This document shows positions 53,720 to 64,000 of a stretch of 64,000 nt of DNA, in pieces. This DNA is from an uncultured Solirubrobacteraceae bacterium. GTDB lineage: Bacteria; Actinomycetota; Thermoleophilia; Solirubrobacterales; Solirubrobacteraceae. The translations under genes were made by a program, and so were the position numbers. The stretch spans positions 511,210 to 575,209 of the forward strand of contig CAWCKZ010000006.1 in NCBI GenBank assembly GCA_963796305.1. Direction: 5' to 3'. The notes beneath the pieces were generated by a model. It searched no databases. It was not told the origin of the DNA and saw only the letters and a program-made list of their open reading frames with translations. Position 1 is the first letter of the stretch. Every line of letters begins with the position of its first letter.

Positions 53720-55203
53720 TACTCCACCGCGAACGCGACGTACTTCGTCTCGAGGTACTCCTCGATCCCCTCGAAGCCGCCCTCGCGGCCGAAGCCCGAC
53801 TGCTTGACGCCGCCGAAGGGGGCGGCGGCGTTGGACACCATGCCCTGGTTGAGCCCCACCATCCCGGTTTCGATCCCCTCGCACACGCGGAAGGCCCTGC
53901 CGAGGTCGCGCGTGTAGACGTAGGCGACGAGCCCGTACTCGGTGCGGTTGGCGGCGGCGATCGCCTCCGCCTCACTCGTGAACGCGCACACCGGAGCGAC
54001 CGGGCCGAAGATCTCCTCGCTCAGCAGCCGCGCATCCGCGGGCACGTCGGCGAGCACGGTGGGCTCGAAGAAGTAGCCGCGGCCGTCCACGGCGCTGCCG
54101 CCGATCAGCACCTTCGCGCCGCGATCCGCGGCATCGCCGACGAGCTCCTCCACCTTGCCGCGCTGAGCAGCGTCGATCAGCGGCCCGACGTCCACGCCCT
54201 CATCGGTGCCGCGGCCGAGCTTCAGCTCGCTCATGCGCTGGGCGAGCCGTGCGGCGAACTCGCCGGCAAGCGACTCGTGCACGTGGAAGCGGTTGGCGGC
54301 GGTGCACGCCTCGCCGACGTTGCGCATCTTCGCGAGCATCGCGCCGTCCACCGCCGCGTCGAGGTCGGCGTCCTCGAACACGACGAACGGAGCGTTGCCC
54401 CCGAGCTCCATCGACACCCTCAGCACCTGATGCGCCGACTGCTCGATCAGCCTCCGTCCGACCTCTGTGGACCCCGTGAACGAGAGCTTGCGCGTGCGCG
54501 GATCCTTCAGCAGCGGTTCCACCACCGCGCTCGAGCGCCTCGCCGTGATCACGTTGAGCACGCCCTCGGGCAGTCCCGCCTCCTCGAGGATGCGCGCGAG
54601 CGCGAGCATCGAGAGCGGCGTCTGCTGCGCGGGCTTCACCACCATCGTGCAGCCGGCGGCGATCGCCGGAGCGATCTTGCGCGTCCCCATCGCGGTGGGG
54701 AAGTTCCAGGGCGTGACGAACACACACGGTCCCACCGGCTGGTGCATCGTGAGGATCCGGCCATTGCCCGTCGTGTTCACCATGTAGCGGCCGTGGATCC
54801 GCACCGCCTCCTCGGAGAACCAGCGGAAGAACTCTGCGGCGTAGGTGATCTCCGCCCGCGACTCGGCGAGCGCCTTACCCATCTCGAGCGTCATCAGCAG
54901 AGCGAGTTCGTCGCGCTGCTCGACGATCGCCTCGAATGCCCGGCGCAGGATCTCGCCGCGCTCGCGCGGAGCGTGAGCGCCCCACGCCGCCTGCGCGTCC
55001 GCGGCGGCGGCGAGCGCGTCGAGCGCATCCTGCTCCTGGGCGTCCGCCACCTCCACCAGCGCCTCGCCCGTCGCCGGGTCCTCGACGGGGAGCGTGCCGC
55101 CGCCCGAGGCCGCGCGCCAGCGCCCGCCGATGAAGAGCTCCTTCGGTGCCCGGTCGAGCACCGCCTGCTCTGAGGGAGCCGCCGTGATCGTGCCGTCGCT
55201 CAC
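53719..55203 (-). CDS. gabD: NAD(P)-dependent succinate-semialdehyde dehydrogenase
   Basis: PWNFP, FTGSTEVG, MELGGNAP, EACTAANR, EEIFGP and PFGGVKQSG.GREG. Confidence 0.88.
   Translation of the reverse strand: MSDGTITAAPSEQAVLDRAPKELFIGGRWRAASGGGTLPVEDPATGEALVEVADAQEQDALDALAAAADAQAAWGAHAPRERGEILRRAFEAIVEQRDELALLMTLEMGKALAESRAEITYAAEFFRWFSEEAVRIHGRYMVNTTGNGRILTMHQPVGPCVFVTPWNFPTAMGTRKIAPAIAAGCTMVVKPAQQTPLSMLALARILEEAGLPEGVLNVITARRSSAVVEPLLKDPRTRKLSFTGSTEVGRRLIEQSAHQVLRVSMELGGNAPFVVFEDADLDAAVDGAMLAKMRNVGEACTAANRFHVHESLAGEFAARLAQRMSELKLGRGTDEGVDVGPLIDAAQRGKVEELVGDAADRGAKVLIGGSAVDGRGYFFEPTVLADVPADARLLSEEIFGPVAPVCAFTSEAEAIAAANRTEYGLVAYVYTRDLGRAFRVCEGIETGMVGLNQGMVSNAAAPFGGVKQSGFGREGGFEGIEEYLETKYVAFAVE
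53720..53733 (+). repeat. Target-site direct repeat copy 3 (last codons of the gabD-like gene)
   Basis: Minus strand TTC GCG GTG GAG TA(G) = F A V E stop. Confidence 0.9.
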
Positions 55204-55331
55204 CGATCCAACGTACCAAGCACAACCCATCCTGCAGGGCTAACGGCCGTCCCGGCGGTGCCGAGAGGGAGCACATGCGAGCCCAGCTCGACCGCTACCG
55301 CGGCAGCCTGCCAGTGTTTGGGTCCTCGAGC

Positions 55332-56447
55332 ATGTCGCACACGCGAAGCACACGCACAGGCGCGAATGCTCGCGGGCGCCCCCGCCCGGGCCGCGCGATG
55401 CTCGCCCCACTGCTCGCGCTCGCCGCGCTCGGCCCGGGCGCCGCCGCGAGCGCTCGCGTGCCCGTGAAACCGAGCGCCCACGCATCCGCAGCCGCGACGA
55501 TGCTGATCGAAGGCGCCGGCGACGGACATGGCGTGGGCATGAGCCAGGATGGCGCCTACGGCTTCGCGCGGCACGGCTGGAACTACCAGCAGATCCTCGC
55601 CCACTACTACACGGGCACCACGCTCGGCGTCGCTCCCGCGAAGGCAACCATCAAGGTGCTCGTCGGCTCGAAGGTGGTGAAGCTGCCCCTCGAGCGCTAC
55701 GTGCGCCGCGTCATCGCCGCGGAGATGCCCTCCGAATGGCCCGCCGCGGCGCTTCAGGCGCAGGCCGTGGCGAGCCGCACGTACGCCCTCACCGCGCACG
55801 CCGGCGGCTCGCGCTTCGACGTCTACTCCGACACGCGCTCGCAGGTCTACGGCGGCGCCGCCGCCGAAACCGCTCCCACGAGCGCCGCCGTCGCCGCCAC
55901 CGCCGGCCAGATCGTGCTGTACGGCGGCCATCCCGCGACGACGTATTTCTTCGCGAGCTCCGGCGGCATGACCGAGGACATCCAGAACTCGTTCCTCGGC
56001 TCGGCGCCCGAGCCGTGGCTGCGCGGCGTGCCCGACCCGTACGACAAAGGACGGGCTGCGAGCTGGCGCGTGTCGATGAGCTTCAGCTCCGTGGCGACGC
56101 GGCTGCAGGGCCTCGTCAAGGGCGCGTTCCGCGGCATCGAGGTGCTGCGGCGCGGCATCTCTCCGCGCATCGTCTCGGCGCTCGTGCTCGGCTCGCGCGG
56201 GAGGACGCCCGTCGACGGCCCCGAACTCGCGGCGCGCCTCGGCCTCGACAGCACGTGGGCGTACTTCAGCGTGCGCCGCGGAGCGACGGTCAGGCGCGAG
56301 CCCGATCACAGCGGGCTCCCGGCCGCGAACCTCCCGCATAGCACCCCGGTCGCGCCGCACGCCCCGTCGGCCGGCAAGCAGGGCGGCGCCCAGGCTCCCA
56401 GTGCGGGCAAACCCGCCTCTGCCGCGGGCGGCGTCGTCGCCGGCTAG
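55332..56447 (+). CDS. SpoIID/LytB domain protein (start uncertain)
   Basis: GHGVGMSQ.GA, ILAHYY, EMP..W...L.AQAVASRTYA and QVYGG. Confidence 0.88.
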   Translation: MSHTRSTRTGANARGRPRPGRAMLAPLLALAALGPGAAASARVPVKPSAHASAAATMLIEGAGDGHGVGMSQDGAYGFARHGWNYQQILAHYYTGTTLGVAPAKATIKVLVGSKVVKLPLERYVRRVIAAEMPSEWPAAALQAQAVASRTYALTAHAGGSRFDVYSDTRSQVYGGAAAETAPTSAAVAATAGQIVLYGGHPATTYFFASSGGMTEDIQNSFLGSAPEPWLRGVPDPYDKGRAASWRVSMSFSSVATRLQGLVKGAFRGIEVLRRGISPRIVSALVLGSRGRTPVDGPELAARLGLDSTWAYFSVRRGATVRREPDHSGLPAANLPHSTPVAPHAPSAGKQGGAQAPSAGKPASAAGGVVAG

Positions 56448-56540
56448 CGCTCTAGGCAACATCCGTCCGCGCGGCGTGCCCGCCGTCCGCTGCCCGTGCA
56501 AGATGGTCCGGTATCGGTGGCGCCTGCCGATAACCGGACC

Positions 56541-56984
56541 ATGAGAGCAACAAGCACCAACTCCGGGCTGCTCGCCTGCACCGTGCTGGCGTCCTCGCTC
56601 GCGCTGCTGGCTCCCTCCGGCGCACCCGCCTACACGGAGCGCTCCGTTGGCACGCCCGAACAGGTCGCATGGGTGCGCAGCGCCGCACAGCGCTTCCTCT
56701 CGGCGGAGCTGAAAGGCGACGGCGCGGGCGCCTGCGCGATCCTCAACGCACCGCTCCGCGCCACCGTCCACCGCCGCACGTGCGCACAGCGCTGGGACGC
56801 ACGCCTCGCAGTGATGCTGCGCCGCCATGGCGCGCGAGCGAGCCTGCGTGCACAGCTTCGCGCAACGTCTTCGGCGCGAGTGGTGGTTCACGGGGACGTC
56901 GCCTCGATCGAGCTGCCGGCGCCGCTCATCGCCGGTCCCAACCGCTTCCTGTGGACCGAAAACTGCTGGATGCTCACGGGCTGA
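56541..56984 (+). CDS. Secreted hypothetical protein (NTF2-like)
   Basis: Signal peptide; GDG..AC..L...C pattern. Confidence 0.6.
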   Translation: MRATSTNSGLLACTVLASSLALLAPSGAPAYTERSVGTPEQVAWVRSAAQRFLSAELKGDGAGACAILNAPLRATVHRRTCAQRWDARLAVMLRRHGARASLRAQLRATSSARVVVHGDVASIELPAPLIAGPNRFLWTENCWMLTG

Positions 56985-57018
56985 ACGCGGCGACGCACGG
57001 ACGCGTACGCTGCGCCGC

Positions 57019-57918
57019 GTGAGCCGCCCGCTGCTGATCGCCGACGTCCCCTGGCTGCTGTACCGATCCTTCTTCGGCCTGCCCTCGTCGATCAAGGGAT
57101 CCGACGGCCGGCCCGTGAACGCGTTGCTCGGCACCGCCAACGCGCTGCTCGCGCTGATCGACGGTGTGCCCCCCGAGGACGCTCCGCGAGCGGTGGTGGC
57201 ATGCATGGGCGCCGAGAACGCCGCTTACCGCGTGCGCCTCTACCCGCCCTACCACGCCCATCGCGATCCGATGCCTGACACCCTGCGCCTGCAGTGGGAG
57301 CGGGCGCCCGCGCTGCTCGAGAGCCTCGGCTGGCTATGCCCCACGAGCGCGGAGCTCGAGGCCGACGACCTCATGTACTCGCACGCGCTCGTCGAGGAAC
57401 GCGCCGGGGGATCCGCGCGGCTTCTCACGGGCGACCGCGACCTGTACGGAGCCGTCGGCGAGCGGGTGGCTGTGATCGAGCTGAAGAAGGGCGGCGAGCA
57501 CGGCCTGATCGGCACCGAGGGGGTGCGCGAGCGCTACGGCGTCGGCCCCGAGCTGGTCCCCGACCTGATCGCGCTGCGCGGAGACCCCTCCGACGGGATC
57601 CCGGGAGCACCCGGCGTCGGTGCGAAGACCGCCGCCGAGCTGCTGCGCGAGCACGGTTCGCTCGAGCGCGTGATCGACGCTGCGACGGCGAGTGTCGCGG
57701 GCGACGGCTCCGCCCCGGCGATGCGCCCGCGCACGGCCGCCGCCGTCGCCGAGAACGCCGAGCTGCTGCGAACGTTCAAGGAGATCGCCACGCTGCAGCG
57801 GGTGAAGGTGAAGCGTCCCGCCGACGCGCCCACCGACTTCGCGGGGGGCGCGCGCCACGCCGCCGAGCTCGGCATGCGCAGGCTCGCCGAGCGTCTCGAG
57901 CGACTCGCCGAGGGCTAG
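57019..57918 (+). CDS. 5'-3' exonuclease/flap endonuclease
   Basis: YRSFF, EADD, TGDRD and GDPSDGIPG.PGVG.KTA. Confidence 0.9.
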   Translation: MSRPLLIADVPWLLYRSFFGLPSSIKGSDGRPVNALLGTANALLALIDGVPPEDAPRAVVACMGAENAAYRVRLYPPYHAHRDPMPDTLRLQWERAPALLESLGWLCPTSAELEADDLMYSHALVEERAGGSARLLTGDRDLYGAVGERVAVIELKKGGEHGLIGTEGVRERYGVGPELVPDLIALRGDPSDGIPGAPGVGAKTAAELLREHGSLERVIDAATASVAGDGSAPAMRPRTAAAVAENAELLRTFKEIATLQRVKVKRPADAPTDFAGGARHAAELGMRRLAERLERLAEG

Positions 57919-57950
57919 CGCGAACCGCGCCAGCGAACAGGCTCCCCCGC

Positions 57951-59036
57951 TCAGGGAGTGAACTTGACGGTGATCACGTCGCCGTCTCGCATCGGATAGT
58001 CGCGGCCCTCGAGCCGCAGCGAGCCGCGCTCGCGCGCGCCCGCATAGCCGCCGGCATCCACCAGCTCGCTCCATCCGATCACCTCCGCGCGCACGAAGCC
58101 CTTCTGGATGTCGCTGTGGATCTCACCGGCGGCGTGCCAGGCGGTGAGCCCGTCGCGCAGATGCCACGACTGCGCGGGCTTGCCCTCACCCGCGGTGAAG
58201 AACGCAATCAGCTCGAGCAGCGTGAACGCCTCGCGCACCACACGCTCGAGCCCGGACTCGCTCACGCCGAGCTCCGCGCGCATCGCCGCCGCGTCCTCGT
58301 CCTCGAGCTCGGCGAGCTCGGACTCGATGCGCGAGGAGATCGCCACCGCGCGTGCGCCCTGCGCGGCGGCGTGCTCTGCAACCGCCGCAGGCACCTCGTC
58401 GGAGCCCTCGTCGACGTTCGCCACGAACAGCACGGGCTTCGCCGTGAGCGAGCCGAGATCGCGCGCAGCCCCGGGCGCCTCCTTTGGCACGGGGATGCCG
58501 CGGGCGGGACGCCCCGCGGCGAGCTCCTCGACCACGCGCCGCAACCACGCCTCCTCGGCAACCGCCGCCCGGTCGCCGCTCCGCGCCTGCTTGGCGACGC
58601 GCTCGACGCGCCGTTCGGCCTGCTCGAGATCGGCGAGCACGAGCTCGGTCTCGATCGTCTCGATGTCGCGCAGCGGGTCCACGCGCCCCTCCGGGTGGAC
58701 GACGCTCTCCTCGCCATGGGCCCGCACGACGTGCACGAGCGCATGCGTCTCGCGGATGTTCGCGAGAAAGCGGTTGCCGAGCCCCTCGCCCTCGTGCGCA
58801 CCCGCCACGAGGCCGGCGATGTCGTGGAAGTCGATCGTGTCCCAGACGATCTCCGACGCGCCCACCGTGCTCGCCACCTGCTCGAGCCGCTCGTCGCGCA
58901 CGGGCACGACGGCGACGTTCGGCTCGATCGTCGTGAACGGGTAGTTCGCCGACTCCGCCCCTGCTTTCGTGAGCGCGTTGAACAGCGAGGACTTGCCCGC
59001 GTTGGGCATACCCACGATTCCGATGCGCGTGCTCAT
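57951..59036 (-). CDS. ychF: Redox-regulated ATPase YchF
   Basis: GMPNAGKS, ANYPFTTIEPN, DIAGLV, HSDIQKGFVRAE and EGRDY..DGD. Confidence 0.95.
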   Translation of the reverse strand: MSTRIGIVGMPNAGKSSLFNALTKAGAESANYPFTTIEPNVAVVPVRDERLEQVASTVGASEIVWDTIDFHDIAGLVAGAHEGEGLGNRFLANIRETHALVHVVRAHGEESVVHPEGRVDPLRDIETIETELVLADLEQAERRVERVAKQARSGDRAAVAEEAWLRRVVEELAAGRPARGIPVPKEAPGAARDLGSLTAKPVLFVANVDEGSDEVPAAVAEHAAAQGARAVAISSRIESELAELEDEDAAAMRAELGVSESGLERVVREAFTLLELIAFFTAGEGKPAQSWHLRDGLTAWHAAGEIHSDIQKGFVRAEVIGWSELVDAGGYAGARERGSLRLEGRDYPMRDGDVITVKFTP

Positions 59037-59524
59037 CGCCCCTGCGCTCCGGACGCGAGGGCGGACACGGCCAGTCCGAGCGAAGCGCCGGCGAGCACGT
59101 CGGAGGGGTGGTGCACTCCGAGGTACAGGCGCGAGGCGGCGAGCGCGAGCGCCAGCGTGTAGAGCGGGGCGGCGGGCAGCCCGGCGCGCGCGTAGGCGCT
59201 CGCGCCCGCGAACGAGGTCGCCGCGTGGGCGCTGGGGAAGCTCAGTGCCGTGGGGGTGCCGGTGAGCGGCGGCAGCCCCGCGAGCTGCGGACGGCGCCTG
59301 CGGACGGCGAGCTTGAGGACGGTGTTGAGCGTGTAGGCGGCGAGCACCGTGCCGGTGGCGCGGCGCCATTCGCCGCGCCTGCCGCCGTCGAGCGCAGCCG
59401 CCGCCGCGCCGATGGCGAGCCACACCGCCGCGTGCTCGCCGATACGCGAGAAGCGGGCGACAGCCCGCTCGGAGGCGGGGGTGTGCAGGCGCGTACGCGC
59501 GAGCACGAGCAGACGCTCGTCCAT
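59033..59524 (-). CDS. PAP2 phosphatase family protein
   Basis: K....R.RP, SFPSAH and SRLYLGVHHPSDV. Confidence 0.9.
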   Translation of the reverse strand: MDERLLVLARTRLHTPASERAVARFSRIGEHAAVWLAIGAAAAALDGGRRGEWRRATGTVLAAYTLNTVLKLAVRRRRPQLAGLPPLTGTPTALSFPSAHAATSFAGASAYARAGLPAAPLYTLALALAASRLYLGVHHPSDVLAGASLGLAVSALASGAQGR

Positions 59525-59543
59525 CGCGCCGAGCGCGCCCGCC

Positions 59544-59759
59544 CTATCCGAAGCCGAGGTGTGGCTCGCTGCTCTCGGCACCGACGTAGACGATCTGGCC
59601 GAGGTACACCCGGATCGGGCCGTCCTCGCTGTCGATCTCGTGCCACCCGCCCTCGCCGAGCGCGTCGTAGAGGTCCTTCAGCTCCTTCTCGGACACCCTC
59701 AGCGCGAGCACCTGGCCGCCCTGGAAGCCGATGCTTATCCGCCGGTGCTCGATGGCCAT
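59544..59759 (-). CDS. Small hypothetical protein
   Basis: 71 aa, translationally coupled to mce. Confidence 0.7.
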   Translation of the reverse strand: MAIEHRRISIGFQGGQVLALRVSEKELKDLYDALGEGGWHEIDSEDGPIRVYLGQIVYVGAESSEPHLGFG

Positions 59760-60169
59760 CAGTGGCGCTCCGCCGGCTGCACGATCTCGGTGAGCACGCC
59801 GCCGGTGGAGCGCGGGTGCATGAACGCAACGCGCGATCCGCGGATGCCCGTTCGCGGCGCTTCGTCGATCAGCTTCAGCCCTGTCCGGCGGCAGGCGTCG
59901 AGGGTGGCCTCGATGTCCTCCACCTGGTAGGCGACGTGATGCAGGCCCGGTCCCCTGCTGGCGAGGAACTTCCCCACCGGCGTCTCCGGGCCGAGCGGGG
60001 CGAGCAGCTCGACGTGGTTCTCCCCGACGTCCAGCAGCACCGCCTCCACCCCCTGCTCCTCGACGATCTCGCGGTGCGCGACGTCGAGCTCGAAGGCGTC
60101 GCGATAGAGGTCCATGGCGGGCTCTATCGCCTCCACGGCGACGCCTATGTGGTCGATGCGGCTGAACAC
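59759..60169 (-). CDS. mce: Methylmalonyl-CoA epimerase
   Basis: IDHIGVAV, EEQGV, GPGLHHVAY and HP...GGVL.E. Confidence 0.9.
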   Translation of the reverse strand: MFSRIDHIGVAVEAIEPAMDLYRDAFELDVAHREIVEEQGVEAVLLDVGENHVELLAPLGPETPVGKFLASRGPGLHHVAYQVEDIEATLDACRRTGLKLIDEAPRTGIRGSRVAFMHPRSTGGVLTEIVQPAERH

Positions 60170-60179
60170 CGGCCCCAGT

Positions 60180-61962
60180 CTATAGCCGGCTGCCTCCGTC
60201 CTCCTCGGTCGGATTCTTCGGCACGATCGGCTGCGGCGCGGGCACCGGCGCGGCCTCCGTCGCCGCCACCACCCTCAGCCCGACACCCGGCGCGCGCTCC
60301 AGGCGCGGCACACCAGCCATGATCCGCTCGATCGCCTCCCGCTCGAGCACCTCCTTCTCGAGCAGCTCTTCGGCGAGCGCATCGAGCTGGCGGCGATGCG
60401 CGACGATCATCTTCTGCGCAGCCCGCCGTGCTTCCTCGATGACGTCCTGGCGCTCCTCGTCGCGGATCCGCAGCGTCGTCTCCGACAGGCGCACGTCGCC
60501 GTCGGGGGCGCGACCGACGCCGGCCGGTTCCCATCGCGTAGTCGTGAACCATCGACTGCGCGATGTCCGCCACGCGCTTGAGGTCGTCGGAGGCGCCGGT
60601 GGTGATCGCACCGAACACCACCTGCTCGGCGATGCGGCCGCCGAGCAGCACGGTCATGTAGTCGAGCAGCTCCTCGCGCGTCTTCAGGTAGCGATCCTCC
60701 GCCGGGAGGTTGAGCGTGTAGCCGAGCGCTCGCCCGCGCGGGACGATCGAGATCCGGTGCACGCGGTCCACCGACGGCAGCAGCTCCCCGCACAGGGCGT
60801 GGCCCGCCTCGTGGTAGGCGACGACGCGCTTCTCGTGCGGGGTGAGCACGCGCTTGGACTGCACCCCTGCGATCACGCGCTCGATCGCCGAGTCGAAGTC
60901 GCGGATCGAGATCAGCGTCGCGCCGCGGCGCGTGGCGAAGATGGCGGCCTCGTTGCAGATGTTGGCGAGGTCCGCGCCGGTGAGCCCGCTCGTCTGCTGC
61001 GCAACGAGCGAGAGGTCGACGTCCGCCAGCGGCTTGTCACGCGTGTGCACCTGGAGCACGCCGAGGCGGCCCTTCACGTCGGGCGGCACGACGAACACCT
61101 GCCTGTCGAAGCGGCCCGGGCGCAGCAGCGCGGGGTCGAGCTTCTCGAGCAGGTTCGAGGCAGCGATCACCACGACGCGGCCGCTCGAGTCGAAGCCGTC
61201 CATCTCGACGAGCAGCTGGTTGAGCGTCTGGTCCTTCTCGCCGGAGATGTCGGCGCCGCGGTGACCCCCGACGGCGTCGAGCTCGTCGATGAAGATGATC
61301 GCGGGTTCGTGCTTGCGCGCGACCGCGAACAGGCGGCGGATGCGCGCCGCGCCGAGGCCCGCGAACATCTCGACGAACGACGCCGCCGACTGCGCGAAGA
61401 ACTCCGCGCCGGACTCGTTCGCCACCGCCTTGGCGAGCAGCGTCTTGCCTGTCCCCGGCGGTCCGTGCAGCAGGATCCCCTTCGGCACCCGCGCGCCGAG
61501 CGCCTGGAAGGATTTCGGGTCGCGCAGGAACTCGACGATCTCCTGGAGCTCCGCCTTCGCCTCGTCCACACCGGCGATGTCGTTGAACGTCACCCCCCGG
61601 TTCGTCGACGGTTTGATGCGCTGCGGCTTGACGCGCGGCATCACCTTCAGCGTGCGCCACATGAGCCCGATCAGGCTCACGAAGAACAGGATCGCGATGA
61701 CCGGCTCCCACGCAAGTGCGAAGTTCTGGATTTCCTGCGCGAACGACGTCTTCGAGCCGGCGGGCTGGACGGCGACGGCGGGCGTGTGAACGGGCGTGCG
61801 ATGTTGGGCGGCGGCGTGCGCGAGCGCGGGATGGCTGACGGTGGCATGCGCGCCCGAGGGCGTGCCGATGCGAACCGTCCCGGCCTGCGGCCCGGTTGCC
61901 GTGTGGGCGCCTTCGGCGCCTTCGGACTGCGTCGCAGGCCCCCTTGCCTGGACGCTCACCAC
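60180..61962 (-). CDS. ftsH: FtsH-family ATP-dependent zinc metalloprotease (frameshift near 60530)
   Basis: [27 protein letters not shown] and HEAGH. Confidence 0.88.
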
Positions 61963-62087
61963 TCCATCCCTTCAACCATCGCCACCATCCTTGGGGCATC
62001 GTTGACTCGCGTCTGTGCTCATTATGCGCGAAGAGCGGCCGTTTGTCGACGGCGCGCGCGGAAGCGGCGAGCCCGCAGGCCTCAGCT

Positions 62088-63413
62088 CTAGCCGAGGATC
62101 CGCTCGGCGAGATCGCGGAACATGCCCGCCGCGAACTCGAGATCGCGCACGTCGATGCGCTCGTCGGCGCCGTGCACGAGCGGCGCCGCCTCCACCAGCG
62201 GCTGATGGCGGTGGGGGAAGAAGCCGTAGGCGACGCAGTCCGGGAACGCCGTGCGGAAGTGACGCGAGTCGGTGAAGCCGGGGAGCACCACGGGCACCAC
62301 CTGCGCGCCCGGATCGCACTCGGCGATCCACGCCGCGAGCGTGTCCATCAGCTCCGACTGCAGCGGCGAGCGGTTGCCCACCACGCGCTCGTTGAACTCG
62401 ATCCGCCACGGCTTCGCGCCGTCCGCGCCGTTGCCGAGCACCTCCTCGATGTCCTCGAGCACCTCCTCTTCGCCGAGGCCGGGGGGCACGCGGCAGTCCA
62501 CCTTCAGCTCCGCGCGGCTGGGGATCACGTTCACCTTCTCCGAGGCGCTGATGCGCGTGGGCGTGAACGTCACCCCGAACATCGGCTCGAACATCGTTGC
62601 CAGGCGCGGGTCGGCGTCGCGCATCCTGCGCAGCGAGCCCGCCGGGTCCTCGGGCGTCTCGCCGATCCCGCGCAGGAACGCCTGCGGCTCGGCCGTGAGG
62701 CGATACGAGGGCTGCTTGCGCCCGAGCCGCTCGAGCACCGGCGCCATCTTCAGCAGCGCGTTCTCCCCCATCGCCGGCATCGACGCATGGCCGGCGACGC
62801 CGTCGGTGAGCACGCTGAAACGGAACACCCCCTTCTCGGCGCAGCACACGCCGTACAGCCGCCTGCCGCCGTACTCGAACACCGCCCCGCCGCCCTCGTT
62901 GACGAGCAGGTCACAGCGCACCTTCTCGGGATGCTCGCGCGTGATCCACTGCGCTCCCAGCGAGCCACCGGTCTCCTCGTCCACCACCGCCACCATCAGC
63001 AGCTCGCCGCGCGCCGGGCGCCAGCCGGAGCGCCCCAGCGACGCCGCCGCCGCCACCTCGGCGGCGACCTGCGACTTCATGTCGAGCGCGCCGCGCCCCC
63101 ACAGGTAGCCGCCGTCGATCTCGCCCGACCACGGATCGTGCGTCCACTCCGACGGGTCGGCGAGCACCGTGTCGACGTGGCCGAGGTAGCAGAGCGTCGG
63201 GCCCTGTCGCCGCGCCTCTCCGGTGCCGAGCCTCGCGACGAGGTTGGGACGCTCGGGCTCGGCGCCCAGCAGCTCGCAGCTGAATCCGGCGCGCTCGAGG
63301 TGCGTCCGCCAGGTACTCCTGCGCGGGGCGCTCGTTGCCCGGCGGGTTGACCGTGTTGAAACGGATCAGATGCGCGAGCAGCTCGTTGGCCTCCGCGCCG
63401 ATCGAGGTCTCGC

Positions 63414-63417
<4 letters not shown>
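62088..63417 (-). CDS. M20/M25/M40 metallopeptidase (frameshifted)
   Basis: [31 protein letters not shown] and HGADER. Confidence 0.9.

Positions 63418-64000
<583 letters not shown>

Noticed and set aside
44084-53733. Canonical CRISPR array, or IS110-bounded composite transposon
   Set aside because: The repeats are only 14 bp and kilobases apart. The single IS has its own ends at 44190/45471, inside the island, and IS110 enzymes do not make 14-bp duplications.

Overview
High-GC actinobacterial chromosome segment. Gene content and style suggest Thermoleophilia/Solirubrobacterales (inference). Patchy 1-bp indel frameshifts look like long-read consensus errors. The backbone carries housekeeping and accessory genes: P-type ATPase, ABC exporter, PPK2, TreT-like glycosyltransferase, several secreted enzymes, a c-di-GMP gene cluster around tRNA-Phe, a divergent ethR/ethA-like pair with its operator, a PASTA kinase, an ECF sigma factor, gabD-like dehydrogenase, ychF, mce and an ftsH-like gene. 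The main result is a ~9.6-kb insertion (44098-53719) at the 3' end of the gabD-like gene. The 14-mer TACTCCACCGCGAA occurs three times as a direct repeat (44084, 47231, 53720). The inserted DNA has G-rich terminal inverted repeats and a perfect 18-bp subterminal inverted repeat. Near its right end, a deletion junction joins a fragment resembling the C-terminal HTH of solo Cas1 (casposase-like) proteins to a SLOG-family fragment. This fits tandem, non-autonomous, PolB-less casposon-like cargo elements; the Cas1 assignment rests on recalled family resemblance and needs a search. A complete IS1111-type (IS110 family) element with definable ends and a candidate guide-RNA region is nested inside.
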